From: Meiothermus sp.
GTDB lineage: Bacteria; Deinococcota; Deinococci; Deinococcales; Thermaceae
Assembly: GCA_033762915.1 (NCBI GenBank)
Contig: JANRLD010000025.1
Location: forward strand, 1-64,000
Reading direction: 5' to 3'
Length of the DNA stretch: 64,000 nucleotides
Each line of letters starts with the position of its first letter. Positions within the stretch are counted from its first letter, which is position 1. Position numbers and translations under genes: made by a program. A model generated the notes under the pieces. It saw only the letters and a list, made by a program, of their open reading frames with translations, made no database searches and had not been told where the DNA came from. Shown piece by piece: positions 19,503 to 29,642 of this stretch.

Positions 19503-20549
19503 ATGAACACCGACGCCCCCGCCCCAACCCGCCCCGGCGAAGAACTCGATCGCTCGCGCCTCGAGCCCTACCTCCAGGCCAGCCTGGGGCTGGCGGGGGA
19601 GCTGGAGGTGGAGCAGTTTCCCAGGGGCTTCTCCAACCTGACCTACCTGATCCGGCTGGGCCACACCGAGATGGTGCTGCGCCGCCCGCCCTTCGGGACC
19701 ACCGTCAAGACCGCGCACGACATGGGCCGCGAGTACCGCATCCTCTCAGCGCTCAAGCCGGTCTACCCCAAGGTGCCCAGACCGCTCCTCTACTGCCAGG
19801 ACGAGACCATCCTGGGCGCCCCCTTCTACGTGATGGAGCGGCTGCACGGAGTGATCCTGCGGAATAAGCCCAGCCAGGACCTCACCCCCGAGCGGATGCA
19901 CGGGCTGTCCGAGGCTCTGCTCGACGCACTGGTGGAGCTGCACCAGTTCGACTACCGGGCGGCAGGACTCTCCGACCTTGGTAGGCCCGAGGGGTACGTG
20001 GAGCGCCAGGTTTCGGGCTGGGCCAAGCGCTACGAGGCCGCCCGCACCGACGAGGTGCCCGGCATGGAGCGGGCCGTGCGCTGGCTGGCCGAGCACCAGC
20101 CCCGGACCTACGGGGCGGCCCTGATCCACAACGACTTCAAGTACGACAATCTCATGCTCGAGCCGCACCAGCCGACCAGGGTGGTCGCAGTGCTGGACTG
20201 GGAGATGGCCACCCTGGGCGACCCGCTAATGGACCTGGGAACCACCCTGGGCTACTGGGCGCAGGCCGACAGCCCGCCGGGGCTCAGGGGCTTCGGGCTG
20301 ACCCACCTTCCGGGCAACCTGACCCGGGCCGAGCTGGCCCAGCGCTATGCCGAAAAGACCGGGGCCGATCTGAGCCACATCGTCTTCTACTACGTCTTCG
20401 GGCTGTTCAAGGTTGGCGTTATCATGCAGCAGATCTACGCCCGATACAAGGCCGGCAAGACCCAGGACGCCCGCTTCGGGGCGCTGATTGGGCTGATCCA
20501 CGAGACCGGCGGGATGCTCGAGGCGGCCATGGGGTCGAAGTCGCTGTGA
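19503..20549 (+). CDS. APH-family phosphotransferase (ACAD10/11 N-terminal-like)
   Basis: [29 protein letters not shown] and VLDWE motifs. Confidence 0.9.
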   Translation: MNTDAPAPTRPGEELDRSRLEPYLQASLGLAGELEVEQFPRGFSNLTYLIRLGHTEMVLRRPPFGTTVKTAHDMGREYRILSALKPVYPKVPRPLLYCQDETILGAPFYVMERLHGVILRNKPSQDLTPERMHGLSEALLDALVELHQFDYRAAGLSDLGRPEGYVERQVSGWAKRYEAARTDEVPGMERAVRWLAEHQPRTYGAALIHNDFKYDNLMLEPHQPTRVVAVLDWEMATLGDPLMDLGTTLGYWAQADSPPGLRGFGLTHLPGNLTRAELAQRYAEKTGADLSHIVFYYVFGLFKVGVIMQQIYARYKAGKTQDARFGALIGLIHETGGMLEAAMGSKSL

Positions 20550-20780
20550 GACGAAGCGCAGAGGGCAGCGAGCCCAGGGGCCACCCCGCCGAGGCCGGTG
20601 TCGTTGCGGAATTACCAAGCGCGGCCCCGTCGCAGTTCGGTGGCTTTTGCCGAAGCGGGGGCTTTCGACCGCGCACATCACAACGGTCATAGATCGCTTA
20701 CAGCAGGCTGAATCCGCGCAGAACAAACAAGGTTGAGTTCAACGGGAATCAGGACTCTAGCACAGTACCAGGGAGATCAC

Positions 20781-21629
20781 ATGGACTTTAGCGGCAAGGT
20801 AGCAGTCATTACGGGCGGGGCGGGCGGGATCGGGCGGGCGCTGGTAGAGCGCTGCCTCGAGCTGGGGATGAAGGTCGTTATCTCCGATGTCAACGCGGGC
20901 GACCTGGCCAAGGCGGCGGGCGAACTCGAGGGCCGGGGCGAAATCCTGACCGCGCAGACCGACGTTTCCAAGCCCGAGCAGGTCGCGGCCCTGGCCGACG
21001 CGGCATACGCCAGGTTCGGGGCGGTACACCTGCTGTTCAACAACGCCGGGGTGTCTGACGGACGGCCCCTCTGGGAGAGCACGCCCGCAGACGTGGACTG
21101 GGTGCTGGGGGTCAACGTCAAGGGCATTCTGTACGGAATCCAGAGCTTCGTGCCCCGGATGATGGCTCAGGACGAGCCTTGCTGGGTGGTCAACACTGCC
21201 TCACTGGCTGGGCTGGTGGGCGGCTCCGGCTTCGGGATATACCGGGCCTCCAAGCACGCGGCGGTCTCGCTCTCCGAGACCCTGTACCACGACCTGCGGC
21301 TGGCAAACACCAAGGTCGGGGTAGCGGTGCTCTGCCCGGCCTGGGTCAAAACCAACATCGTCCTCTCGAGCCGCAACCGGCCCGCCGGGGTTGCCGAGCC
21401 CAAGCTGGACGAGTACGGCCAGAAGATGGGCACAGTGATGGCGGGGGTGGTCAATGGCGGCATCAGCCCCCGGCAGGTCGCGCAGCGGGTGTTCGAGGCC
21501 CTCGAGCAGGGCCGGTTCTACATCCTCACCCACCCCGAGATGAACGGTGCGATCTACGTTCGGGGCAAGCAAATCCTCGAGGGCAGCCAGCCCACAGACA
21601 CCTTCGCCAGCGCCTACCTGAGCCGCTAA
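20781..21629 (+). CDS. Short-chain dehydrogenase/reductase
   Basis: TGGAGGIG, NNAG and YRASK motifs. GGGAG RBS before ATG 20781. Confidence 0.93.
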   Translation: MDFSGKVAVITGGAGGIGRALVERCLELGMKVVISDVNAGDLAKAAGELEGRGEILTAQTDVSKPEQVAALADAAYARFGAVHLLFNNAGVSDGRPLWESTPADVDWVLGVNVKGILYGIQSFVPRMMAQDEPCWVVNTASLAGLVGGSGFGIYRASKHAAVSLSETLYHDLRLANTKVGVAVLCPAWVKTNIVLSSRNRPAGVAEPKLDEYGQKMGTVMAGVVNGGISPRQVAQRVFEALEQGRFYILTHPEMNGAIYVRGKQILEGSQPTDTFASAYLSR

Positions 21630-21752
21630 GCACTTCAAGGGTTGACCTGCGGCGTACCGTCCCGAGAAGTCCGTTAAGGAGTTGTACCCCTGCTGGCACC
21701 CCGGCACGTTTCCGCGGCGTTCGTTGGCCTCACGAATCTATGCTGGCGCACC

Positions 21753-22496
21753 TTAGTGCTGCGTCAGGTAGTAGTGGCTTAGCTCGCCCTCGAGCTGGTG
21801 CAACGCGCGCTGAACCGTGCTGCCGTGCAGGGGGAGCACCGCGTAGGCGCGGATCAGCATGTTCTGGCGGATGCGCCGGAAGACGATCTGTGCGCCCTCG
21901 GTAGAGCTGCCCTGGAGAGCAATCAGGAACTGATCATCGCGCAGTTGGAATATTAGGTCGGGGGAGCGGACGTGCTGCAGCAGGTCTTCGCCCAGTTGCT
22001 CGGGGCGGGTGTGCAGCAGCAGCAGGGTGACGGGGCGCACCAAGGCCATGGCCTCGAGACTGGGCGCCAGCGAGTCGAGGGCCGAGGCGGTCAGGATCTG
22101 GCGCGGCTGCCTCCGCCGTTCCACAAAAGATTTTGGGGCTTCTTCCCCATCCTGGGTCTTGGGCTCCTTGAGGTTGAAGTACAGCCCGGCCAGGAAAAGC
22201 CCGCTGGCCAGCATACTGGCCAGCGCGGCGGCGGTGGCGATCTCCTCGGGCAGGTGGGCCAGGTCGCGGGCGGCCTCCACGGCCAGCACCATGCCGATCA
22301 GGCTCAGCCCCAAGACCCACGAGAAGTTGGTTCGGGGGTTGGCACTTACCCGGGCAAAGATGCTGGCGGTGGCGGTGAAGAGCAACGCGGACAGCAGGAA
22401 TATCACCCCAGGGTAGAGATTTTCTTGGCGTTGAAACATCCATAGCGGGGATAGACCCAAAATCAGAAATCCCCAGGGCAGTACCGATAGCCACAT
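21753..22496 (-). CDS. 4-TM membrane protein with a degenerate GGDEF-like C-terminal domain
   Basis: Four hydrophobic segments, then ERRRQPR and RSPD-LIFQL-RDDQF-LIAL at the I-site/GGDEF positions. Confidence 0.65.
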   Translation of the reverse strand: MWLSVLPWGFLILGLSPLWMFQRQENLYPGVIFLLSALLFTATASIFARVSANPRTNFSWVLGLSLIGMVLAVEAARDLAHLPEEIATAAALASMLASGLFLAGLYFNLKEPKTQDGEEAPKSFVERRRQPRQILTASALDSLAPSLEAMALVRPVTLLLLHTRPEQLGEDLLQHVRSPDLIFQLRDDQFLIALQGSSTEGAQIVFRRIRQNMLIRAYAVLPLHGSTVQRALHQLEGELSHYYLTQH

Positions 22497-22662
22497 ACCC
22501 TCCCAGCATAGGTGAGGCCGGGATTAAGAGGGGCGCAAATGAACATATTCCGGCTGTTCTCAAGGGCATCGAAGTAACGGCTAGCGCTGGGCAGACCGGT
22601 CGTTTGCGGGCCGTCCGCAGGCTGCCGGGGGAGTCCGCAGCGCCTGCGGCAAAGGTCACGAC

Positions 22663-23835
22663 TTATTGGGGTACCCTAAAGGCTTCTCGCAGTGCCGCCA
22701 GGCCTTCTTCCAGCTCTTCGGTGGGCCCGGCAAAGCACAGGCGGAACCAGTCACCAAAGTCACGGCCAAACACCCCGCCGGGAACAAAGCCCAGGCCGTG
22801 CTCCCGCAACATGCGCTCGCAGAAGGCCTCGCCCCCCTCGGCGGTGGGCACCCGGCCGAACACATAGAAGGCCCCCTCGGGTTGTACAAACTCGATCCCG
22901 CAGCGACGCAGGGTCTCCACCACCCGGTCGCGGCGGGCCTGGTAGGTCTGGCGCATCGCCTCCACCTCGGCCTCGGCTGAGAGGGCCTCGAGGGCCCCCC
23001 ACTGGGCGAAGGCGGTGGCGCTGGTAACCAGATACTGGTGCAGCTTGAGGAACTGTGCGCTGTGCTCCGGGCTGGCGACCAGGTAGCCCAGCCGCCAGCC
23101 GGTCATGGCGTAACTCTTGGAGAACCCCCCCACCAGGATGGCGGGGTCGTCCGGGGCACTCAGCTCGAGCACCCCGATGTGACGGGAGGGGCCGAAGGTG
23201 ATGTCCTGGTATATCTCGTCGCAGATCAGCCACAGCCCTCGCCGCCGGGCTAGCCCCAGCAGACCGTCCAGATCATCGCGCCGGAGCATGGCCCCGGTGG
23301 GGTTGTTGGGGGTATTGACCACGATGGCCCGGGTGTGCGGGGTGATGGAACGCTCGAGCTCGACGAGGTCGGGCCGGAAGCCGTCCTGGGGGCGGGCCGG
23401 CAGCTCCACCGCCTCAGCCCCCAGCAGCCGGGGCAGGTGCAGGTAGTTGGGCCAGCAGGGCGTGGGCACCAGCACCTGGTCGCCGGGCTCGAGGACGGCC
23501 ATCAGGGCCAGGGTCAGGGCCTCGCAGGCCCCCACCGTGACCACTACCGACTCGGCAGGCAGGCTGGTGCCGTAGCGCCGGCTGAGGTCGGCGGCGATGG
23601 CCTGCCGAAGTTCGGGAATCCCCGCGTTGGGGGCGTAGTGGGTGCGGCCTTCCATCAAGGCCCTGGCGGCGGCCTCGCGCACCGCCAGGGGTGTGTCGAA
23701 GCTGGGCTCGCCCAGGTGGAACGGGTAGACCGGCAGCCCGGCAGCCTGCCGTGCTTGCGCGGCGCTCACGATCCGCCGAATCCCCGAGGCGGGAGCCTGA
23801 GTGAGCGCCCGGCTGAACCTGGGAAGTCCCCTCAT
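22663..23835 (-). CDS. PLP-dependent aminotransferase class I/II (AspC-like)
   Basis: GEPSFDTP, NTPNNPTG, DEIY, FSKSYAMTGWRLG and EGAFY motifs. Confidence 0.94.
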   Translation of the reverse strand: MRGLPRFSRALTQAPASGIRRIVSAAQARQAAGLPVYPFHLGEPSFDTPLAVREAAARALMEGRTHYAPNAGIPELRQAIAADLSRRYGTSLPAESVVVTVGACEALTLALMAVLEPGDQVLVPTPCWPNYLHLPRLLGAEAVELPARPQDGFRPDLVELERSITPHTRAIVVNTPNNPTGAMLRRDDLDGLLGLARRRGLWLICDEIYQDITFGPSRHIGVLELSAPDDPAILVGGFSKSYAMTGWRLGYLVASPEHSAQFLKLHQYLVTSATAFAQWGALEALSAEAEVEAMRQTYQARRDRVVETLRRCGIEFVQPEGAFYVFGRVPTAEGGEAFCERMLREHGLGFVPGGVFGRDFGDWFRLCFAGPTEELEEGLAALREAFRVPQ

Positions 23836-23851
23836 GGTGCGCCCCGTACAG

Positions 23852-25369
23852 CTACTGCCTGGGGGCCAGCCAGCCGCCCTCCATCAACAGGCGGTTGGTG
23901 TAAATGCGCAGCCCCCGTGCCTCGGGCCGGGCCACGAAGACCGCCGGGAGGTGCCCCACGGTCAGGAACAGGCTCTCGCGCTGGACGATCTCGAAGTACT
24001 GGTCGTAGAGGCGCTGCCGCTGCTGGCGGTTGAGGGTCACCAGCGCCCGGTCGAGCAAGGCGTCGAGGCGCGGGTCGTTGGACTGGGCCACGTTGAAGGC
24101 GTATTTGGAGTTAAGGCCGCCGTCGTAGGGCCAGGGGTCGAGGCTGCTGCCCGCCCACTGGAACCAGCAGATGTCGTAGTTGCCGCCCCGGGTGGTGTTG
24201 GAGAAGGCGGTGGGGTCCATGGGGCGGATGCGGGTCTGGATGCCGATCTCGCGCAGCATGGCGCTCACAATCTCGGCGGCCCGCAGCCGGGTGGGGATGG
24301 TCTCGGCGGGCATGTCCCAGACCAGCCGGGTGTCGCCCTTCTGCCGCACCCCGTCGGCCCCCCTGGCCCAGCCCGCCTCGTCGAGGATGCGGTTGGCCCG
24401 TGCCACGTCGTAGTCGTACTTAAGGGTGTTGGGGTTGTGGGTCCAGATGGCCTGGGGCATGGAGTAGAAGGAGACCGCAGCGAGGTTGTTGGTCACGGCA
24501 TTGACCAGGGCCGGCCGGTTGATGGCGTGGTTGACCGCCCGCCGCACGTTGGGGTCGGTGATGCGCTTGAGGTTCATGTAGATGTTGAGCTGGCCCAGCG
24601 GCTTGCCCACGTTGACGATCAGGCCGGCCCGGCGGGCGCGCTCGAGATCTGCCGAGGCCATGTCCACTGCGAAGTGCACGGTACCGGCCTCGAGCTCGAT
24701 CAGCCGGGTGCTGGCGTCGGGAATGATGCGGAAGATCAACCGGTCGACGTAAGGCCGGCCGGCCCGCCAGTAGCGGGGGTTGCGCTCGAGCACGATCCGC
24801 TCGCCCTTCACGTACTGCGTCAGGCGGAACGGCCCGGAGGCCACCGGGTTGGCCCGGAAGCCGGCGGTACCCAGGCGCTGCACGGCCGCCGGCGAGACCA
24901 CCACAAGGTTAATCATCCGCTCCATGAACTCGGGGTCGTAGCTCTGGTTGGTGATGCGCAGGGTGAAGTCGTCCACCACCTCTATGCTGCGGGTGCGGGC
25001 GAAGTAGGAGCCGTAACGCAGCCCGTTTTCGGGGTTGCGGTAGCGCTCGATCGTGAACTTGACCGCCTCGGCGTTAAGGGGTGTGCCGTCCTGGAAGTTC
25101 ACGCCCCGGCGAATCTTCCAGGTGTAGACCCCCTGAGCGTTCACACTCCAGCTCTCGATGATCCAGGGGGCCACGCCATCTTCGCCCAGGATCACGAACG
25201 GGTCGCCGACCGCGTTGTTGTAGATGGTGGCGTCAATGGTACCGCCCACCATCGGGTCAGTGGACTCGACGTCCCTGGCCAGGGCGATGACCAGAGTGCC
25301 CCCGCGCTGCTGGGCCAGGCCCACCGACAGCATCGACAAGATGAAAACCGCCATCAAGAATCTGTACAT
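23852..25369 (-). CDS. ABC transporter substrate-binding protein family 5 (Dpp/Opp-like)
   Basis: Signal peptide, GGTLVIA, FQDGTPLNAEAVKFT, GPFRL, ERNPRYW and VRRAVNHAINR. Confidence 0.93.
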   Translation of the reverse strand: MYRFLMAVFILSMLSVGLAQQRGGTLVIALARDVESTDPMVGGTIDATIYNNAVGDPFVILGEDGVAPWIIESWSVNAQGVYTWKIRRGVNFQDGTPLNAEAVKFTIERYRNPENGLRYGSYFARTRSIEVVDDFTLRITNQSYDPEFMERMINLVVVSPAAVQRLGTAGFRANPVASGPFRLTQYVKGERIVLERNPRYWRAGRPYVDRLIFRIIPDASTRLIELEAGTVHFAVDMASADLERARRAGLIVNVGKPLGQLNIYMNLKRITDPNVRRAVNHAINRPALVNAVTNNLAAVSFYSMPQAIWTHNPNTLKYDYDVARANRILDEAGWARGADGVRQKGDTRLVWDMPAETIPTRLRAAEIVSAMLREIGIQTRIRPMDPTAFSNTTRGGNYDICWFQWAGSSLDPWPYDGGLNSKYAFNVAQSNDPRLDALLDRALVTLNRQQRQRLYDQYFEIVQRESLFLTVGHLPAVFVARPEARGLRIYTNRLLMEGGWLAPRQ

Positions 25370-25390
25370 ACCTGCCTCCTCCTCATTCCT

Positions 25391-26482
25391 CTAAACACCC
25401 AACGTGCCGTGGTGTCGCTCGAGCGCGGTAAAAAGCCCGCCACCCTCGGCCTCGATCATCGCGGCCAGGTCGGCGAAGTTTTGGTCCGAGAGGCCGCGCT
25501 TCCCCTCCTCGATCTCCGAGATCACCCGCAGCAGGGCGCGGTTGTAGGGGACCGCCACCCCAGCCTTGTCGGCGAAGCGGATCAGGGCCTCCATCATCGC
25601 GGCAGTCTCGGTCTTGCGCTTGCGGTACATCAGGTCCCAGCGCATCCCGCTGCCGGTCTTGACGAAGCGGTGGAAGCTGTGCGAGCGGAAGACCTCATGG
25701 CGCGGCCAGGCGTGGTCAATCCAGAAGAACAGCGCCTCGTCGTCGCCCCGGTAGGGGCCGGGGTCGAAGAAGTCGAAGCCCACCAGCCGGATGCCCAGCG
25801 CATCAGCCACCCGGATGGCCTCGCGCACCAGCGCCCCCGCCACCAGCTTGTGCAACGGCTTGTCCAGGGCCTCGCCAGAGCGCCGGTCGGTGATGGCGGT
25901 GCAGACGATCTGCGAGCCGTAGACGAACTTGGTCCAAACCGTGCCCACGATGTTGTCGGTGATGAGGGTGGGGGTCCAGTGCAGCAGGGCCTGCTGGAGG
26001 CTTTGCAGCCGGGGCGTGAGCCGCCCGTCGAGTTCGCCAATCCAGATGTAGTTGGGAAAGCCCGCTTCCAAGTGTCCGGGGTTCACCAGGGCGGCCCCGT
26101 AGTTGGGGTCGGCCCCGATGGTGCGCTCGGCCCCCACAATCTCCTCGAACAAGTAGATGTTCTCGCCGGCCTGGAGCGAGACGAAGGCGGTGTCGGGGGT
26201 GCTGTAAGGAAGGAGCTGTTCCAAGGCGCCGCGGGTGTCGTGCGACTTCACCGCCACAATCACCGTCTCCAGCGGGCCCAGCTCCGCCAGCCGGTCGGGG
26301 GTGACCGCCCGCACCGGTATACGGTGCTTGCCACGCACTCCGTCCACATACACCCCGTCCCGATTGAGCGCGTCCACGTGCTCCTGCCAGCGCTCCACAA
26401 AGGTCACGTCCAGCCCGGCCCGGCTCATCCAGGTGCCCGCCAGACCGCCGATCCCGCCTGCCCCAACCACCGTGATCTTCAT
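25391..26482 (-). CDS. Ketopantoate reductase (PanE/ApbA)-like oxidoreductase 1
   Basis: GAGGIG Rossmann motif, AVKS, SLQ, IGELDG, W-x-K, and KTE/VPYN. Confidence 0.85.
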   Translation of the reverse strand: MKITVVGAGGIGGLAGTWMSRAGLDVTFVERWQEHVDALNRDGVYVDGVRGKHRIPVRAVTPDRLAELGPLETVIVAVKSHDTRGALEQLLPYSTPDTAFVSLQAGENIYLFEEIVGAERTIGADPNYGAALVNPGHLEAGFPNYIWIGELDGRLTPRLQSLQQALLHWTPTLITDNIVGTVWTKFVYGSQIVCTAITDRRSGEALDKPLHKLVAGALVREAIRVADALGIRLVGFDFFDPGPYRGDDEALFFWIDHAWPRHEVFRSHSFHRFVKTGSGMRWDLMYRKRKTETAAMMEALIRFADKAGVAVPYNRALLRVISEIEEGKRGLSDQNFADLAAMIEAEGGGLFTALERHHGTLGV

Positions 26483-26483
26483 C

Positions 26484-27437
26484 TCATGCCTCCACCGCCA
26501 GCGTCACCAGCGACTCCCCCGGATGCACCCGCACGCCGGTGCGCATCACCGCCACCACGCCGGGCGAAGAGGCCTCCACCACCTGCAGCACCTCGCCCAG
26601 CAGGTTGCGTACCTCGCCTAGCCTCTGGCCTGCCTTCACCTGCTCCCCCAGCGCCACGAACGCGGCAAACACTCCCCCGACCCTTGCCGGGTTGGAGGCG
26701 GTGCGCCGAACCGGGAGCTGGCCCGGCTGGGCGCGGCCGGGAATCATCTGAAGATGGCGCAGTGCCGCCCGTACGATCTCCACCCACTCCGACGCGTTCT
26801 CCCTGGCGTGGCGGTGGGCCGACCCGGCCTCGATGGCCAGTTGCGGCACCCCAATCTCCGGGGTGGCGCTGCTCCACATGCCGGGCAGGTTGCGGCTCGA
26901 GGGGTCCAGGAGGAACTCCAGCGGCAGGGCCTGGGCCAGCGGCAGCAGCGAGGGCTTGCCGGGCGCGTCGGTGAAGCGCCCGAAAGCGATATCACCCACC
27001 TCCGGGCTGCCGCCGTGGAGGTCGATGAGCAGATCGGCGCCGGGAAGAACATGGTGATGCAGGGCCGCCGCGATTTGCTGGGTGACGGTGCCCGAGTCTG
27101 AACCGGGGTGAACACGGTTCATGTCCTGCTGGTCGAAGGGGCTGTTGCGCCTGCCGTGGGTGTAGCCGTGGACGTTGAGGCAGGGCAGAATCCAGAGCTG
27201 TCCTGCGAGTTCTCCGGGCTTGACGGCCTCGGCCACCTCGAGCGCCCCCAGGGTGGCGTAGCCCTCGTCGCCATGCTGGGCGGCGGCCACCACCACCTTG
27301 GGGCCGGGCCGCACGCCGCAGACCACGATTAAGGGCAGCAGGGTGGGGCCGGTCCAGCTCTCCCCCACCCCCAGCCAGGTGCGCGTCACGCTGCCAGGGG
27401 CGGGCTCGAGCCCGTGCAGGTCCTTGGCCCGGATCAC
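26484..27437 (-). CDS. Succinylglutamate desuccinylase/aspartoacylase (M14) family deacylase
   Basis: HGDE zinc motif, DMNRVHPG, IDLHGG, IEAG, and a C-terminal barrel-sandwich hybrid domain. Confidence 0.9.
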   Translation of the reverse strand: MIRAKDLHGLEPAPGSVTRTWLGVGESWTGPTLLPLIVVCGVRPGPKVVVAAAQHGDEGYATLGALEVAEAVKPGELAGQLWILPCLNVHGYTHGRRNSPFDQQDMNRVHPGSDSGTVTQQIAAALHHHVLPGADLLIDLHGGSPEVGDIAFGRFTDAPGKPSLLPLAQALPLEFLLDPSSRNLPGMWSSATPEIGVPQLAIEAGSAHRHARENASEWVEIVRAALRHLQMIPGRAQPGQLPVRRTASNPARVGGVFAAFVALGEQVKAGQRLGEVRNLLGEVLQVVEASSPGVVAVMRTGVRVHPGESLVTLAVEA

Positions 27438-28468
27438 GCCACCTCCCTGGCCGAGCGGCGGGCACCCAGGAGTCCCTCGAGGGCCGCCTTTTCGCCGGTT
27501 TTGGCCGCCTGGAACAGCGTTTCGTAGGCTTGAATCGCTAGGACACCCACCCCCACCGCCGAGGCCGCCTGGCGCAGCTGGGCGAAGAGGCTCGAGAGTT
27601 CCTCGCCGGGGTTGGCGGGCGAGAGGCTGTGACCCAGACCGCAGGTGGTGGGGAAGGCGTAGGCCGAGCCCACCCGGTACTGCTCGTGGCGGACCCAGGC
27701 GTTTTTCACCCAGGTGTCCAGCGTGAAGGATTGGCCGGGGCCTTGGGCGCGGTAGAGCGGCGGGTCGAAGAAGTCGCCGCCCATCAGCGCCACCCCGAAA
27801 CGCTCTGCCACCGCCTGAACCTCGCGCACCAGCCGCACGGCAGCGGCGCGGGCGCGGGGGTGGGCGTAGAACTCGGTCGGGTGCTGCCCGAAGAGCGCCG
27901 GGAGGCCGGCCTCGAGGCTAAAGGCCACCTTGGCCCAGACCATGCCAACAATAGCGCGGGTGGTGAGCGAGGGCGCAGCCCAGCTCAGGTCACGCTGCAC
28001 CTCTTCCATCAGCGGCGTAAGGGTACCCGCCACGTTACCCAGCCAGATGAAGTTGGCGAAGGCAGTCTCCACATTCCCATCGGGCAACTGGCGCATCTCG
28101 CTCTGCACCACCGCCTGGATCACCTCTGCCCCCCACTCTCGCCCCAGCCGAAGCCCGTCCAGACCGCCGATAGCCACGACCAGGGGCAGGGCCGGGAACT
28201 GCGAAGCCAGTTGGCCCAGTGCCTCCTCCGCCTCGGCAGGCCTCACCGCCAGGATCGCGGCGTCGAACTCCCCGCTTAGGCCCTCCCAGCCCACCGCCCT
28301 TAGCTGCAGCGGCTCACCCATTCGGTGGCCCACCAGCCCGACCGGCCGCCCCAGCCGCTCCCTGCGCCCAGCGTCGGTCTCCACCAGCGTCACGCCCCGT
28401 CCGGCCCGCACCAGCGCGTGGCCCAGCCAACTGCCCAGCGCCCCGCCGCCGACGATCAAGTAGTTCAT
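27434..28468 (-). CDS. Ketopantoate reductase-like oxidoreductase 2 (divergent paralog)
   Basis: GGGALG Rossmann motif, W-x-K. Shares 'DFFDP..YR...AW.RHE..R' with paralog 1. Confidence 0.75.
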   Translation of the reverse strand: MNYLIVGGGALGSWLGHALVRAGRGVTLVETDAGRRERLGRPVGLVGHRMGEPLQLRAVGWEGLSGEFDAAILAVRPAEAEEALGQLASQFPALPLVVAIGGLDGLRLGREWGAEVIQAVVQSEMRQLPDGNVETAFANFIWLGNVAGTLTPLMEEVQRDLSWAAPSLTTRAIVGMVWAKVAFSLEAGLPALFGQHPTEFYAHPRARAAAVRLVREVQAVAERFGVALMGGDFFDPPLYRAQGPGQSFTLDTWVKNAWVRHEQYRVGSAYAFPTTCGLGHSLSPANPGEELSSLFAQLRQAASAVGVGVLAIQAYETLFQAAKTGEKAALEGLLGARRSAREVA

Positions 28469-28487
28469 ACCCTCCTGCCTCCTTGGC

Positions 28488-29642
28488 TCAGACGATCAGG
28501 GCGACCGACTCGAGCGAGTGCATCCTTCCGTAGAGCTTCTGGGCCAAGGCTCGAGGGGGCCGCGGCGCGACCAGAGAACGCAGCCGGCGCTCACCGAGCC
28601 AGTACGACCAAACGTGTGCCCCGCGGCCCTTGGGGGCGATATAGCCCAGCCGGTTGTCCACCCAGCCCGCCCCTCCCGACAGCGAGTTGCGGTGCAGGTA
28701 GTCGGCCGCTTGGTCGCGGCTCCAGCCCAGCTTGTGCAGCCCCCAGGCCGCCACTGTGCCCAGCCCAGCGCGGTAGTTGGTGAGCAGGGCCTGCACCTTG
28801 TCGTCTGCGTCTTCCCAGTCCAGCAGGTGCCCGCCCGAGTCGGCCACGCCTTCGAACAGGGGGCTCCCGGCGCTCTTGACCAGCGAGAGCAGGCCGTCGG
28901 CGTAGCCCCAGCCCTCGAGGTAAGCCCTCCGACGGGTCTCAAACTGGAGGCAGTGGCCGGGGAAGATCTCGTGGATCACCAGGTGCTTGAGGCTCTGGCG
29001 GGTGAGGACGGGGTCGCGGTTGACCTCCACGGTCAGGCGGGCGTAGTCGCAGCGGGCGTTGAAGGCCGCACCAGAGACGATCTTGATCTGCGGGTCGGGG
29101 CATTCGATGGGCCAGAAGACCGCCTCACTGCGGCCCCTGGCCTCGTCGGTCAGCATCAGCATGGTCTGCTCAATCTGCTCAGGCTCGACCCGGTGCCGGG
29201 CTTCCCAGGCGGTTGCCCGCTGGGCCAGGTCGCCGGCATAGCCCATCCCGCCCAGCAGCCCATGCAACTTGCCCCGGATTTCCTCGAGCTCGGCCTCGCT
29301 GGCGGGCCGGGGCGGGGCGGCCAGAAAGCCCTCGATCTGGGCCTCGAGGCCCAGTCCCTGTGTGTTCCACTCGATCACCGCCAGAGCCGAGCCGCACAGG
29401 GCCAGGTAGTAGGTGCGGCGGTCGGGTTCCAGGAGGCTACGGGCTTGCCCCCGCAACTCGTTAAAGCGCACCTTAGCCGCTGCGAAGTCGGGGAAGGGCT
29501 CGGGCTCCAGCCGCTCCAGCTCGAGTACCACCAGCCCCCAGGGGTCTTCGGGGTTGGCGGCGCGGTGCAGCTGATCCAGGCCCAGGTAGGCTCTCGCCAG
29601 GGCCAGGGCGTAGCGGCGGGTGGCCTCCGGCGCCTCAACCAT
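28488..29642 (-). CDS. DUF885-like putative metallohydrolase
   Basis: 'VIHEIFPGHCLQ' matches the DUF885-type HExxPGH motif. Downstream 'FEGVA' and 'SYWLG' also fit. Confidence 0.65.
   Translation of the reverse strand: MVEAPEATRRYALALARAYLGLDQLHRAANPEDPWGLVVLELERLEPEPFPDFAAAKVRFNELRGQARSLLEPDRRTYYLALCGSALAVIEWNTQGLGLEAQIEGFLAAPPRPASEAELEEIRGKLHGLLGGMGYAGDLAQRATAWEARHRVEPEQIEQTMLMLTDEARGRSEAVFWPIECPDPQIKIVSGAAFNARCDYARLTVEVNRDPVLTRQSLKHLVIHEIFPGHCLQFETRRRAYLEGWGYADGLLSLVKSAGSPLFEGVADSGGHLLDWEDADDKVQALLTNYRAGLGTVAAWGLHKLGWSRDQAADYLHRNSLSGGAGWVDNRLGYIAPKGRGAHVWSYWLGERRLRSLVAPRPPRALAQKLYGRMHSLESVALIV

Noticed and set aside
23801..26974. 1057-aa plus-strand ORF
   Set aside because: Antisense to the SBP, reductase and deacylase genes, which have clear family motifs.
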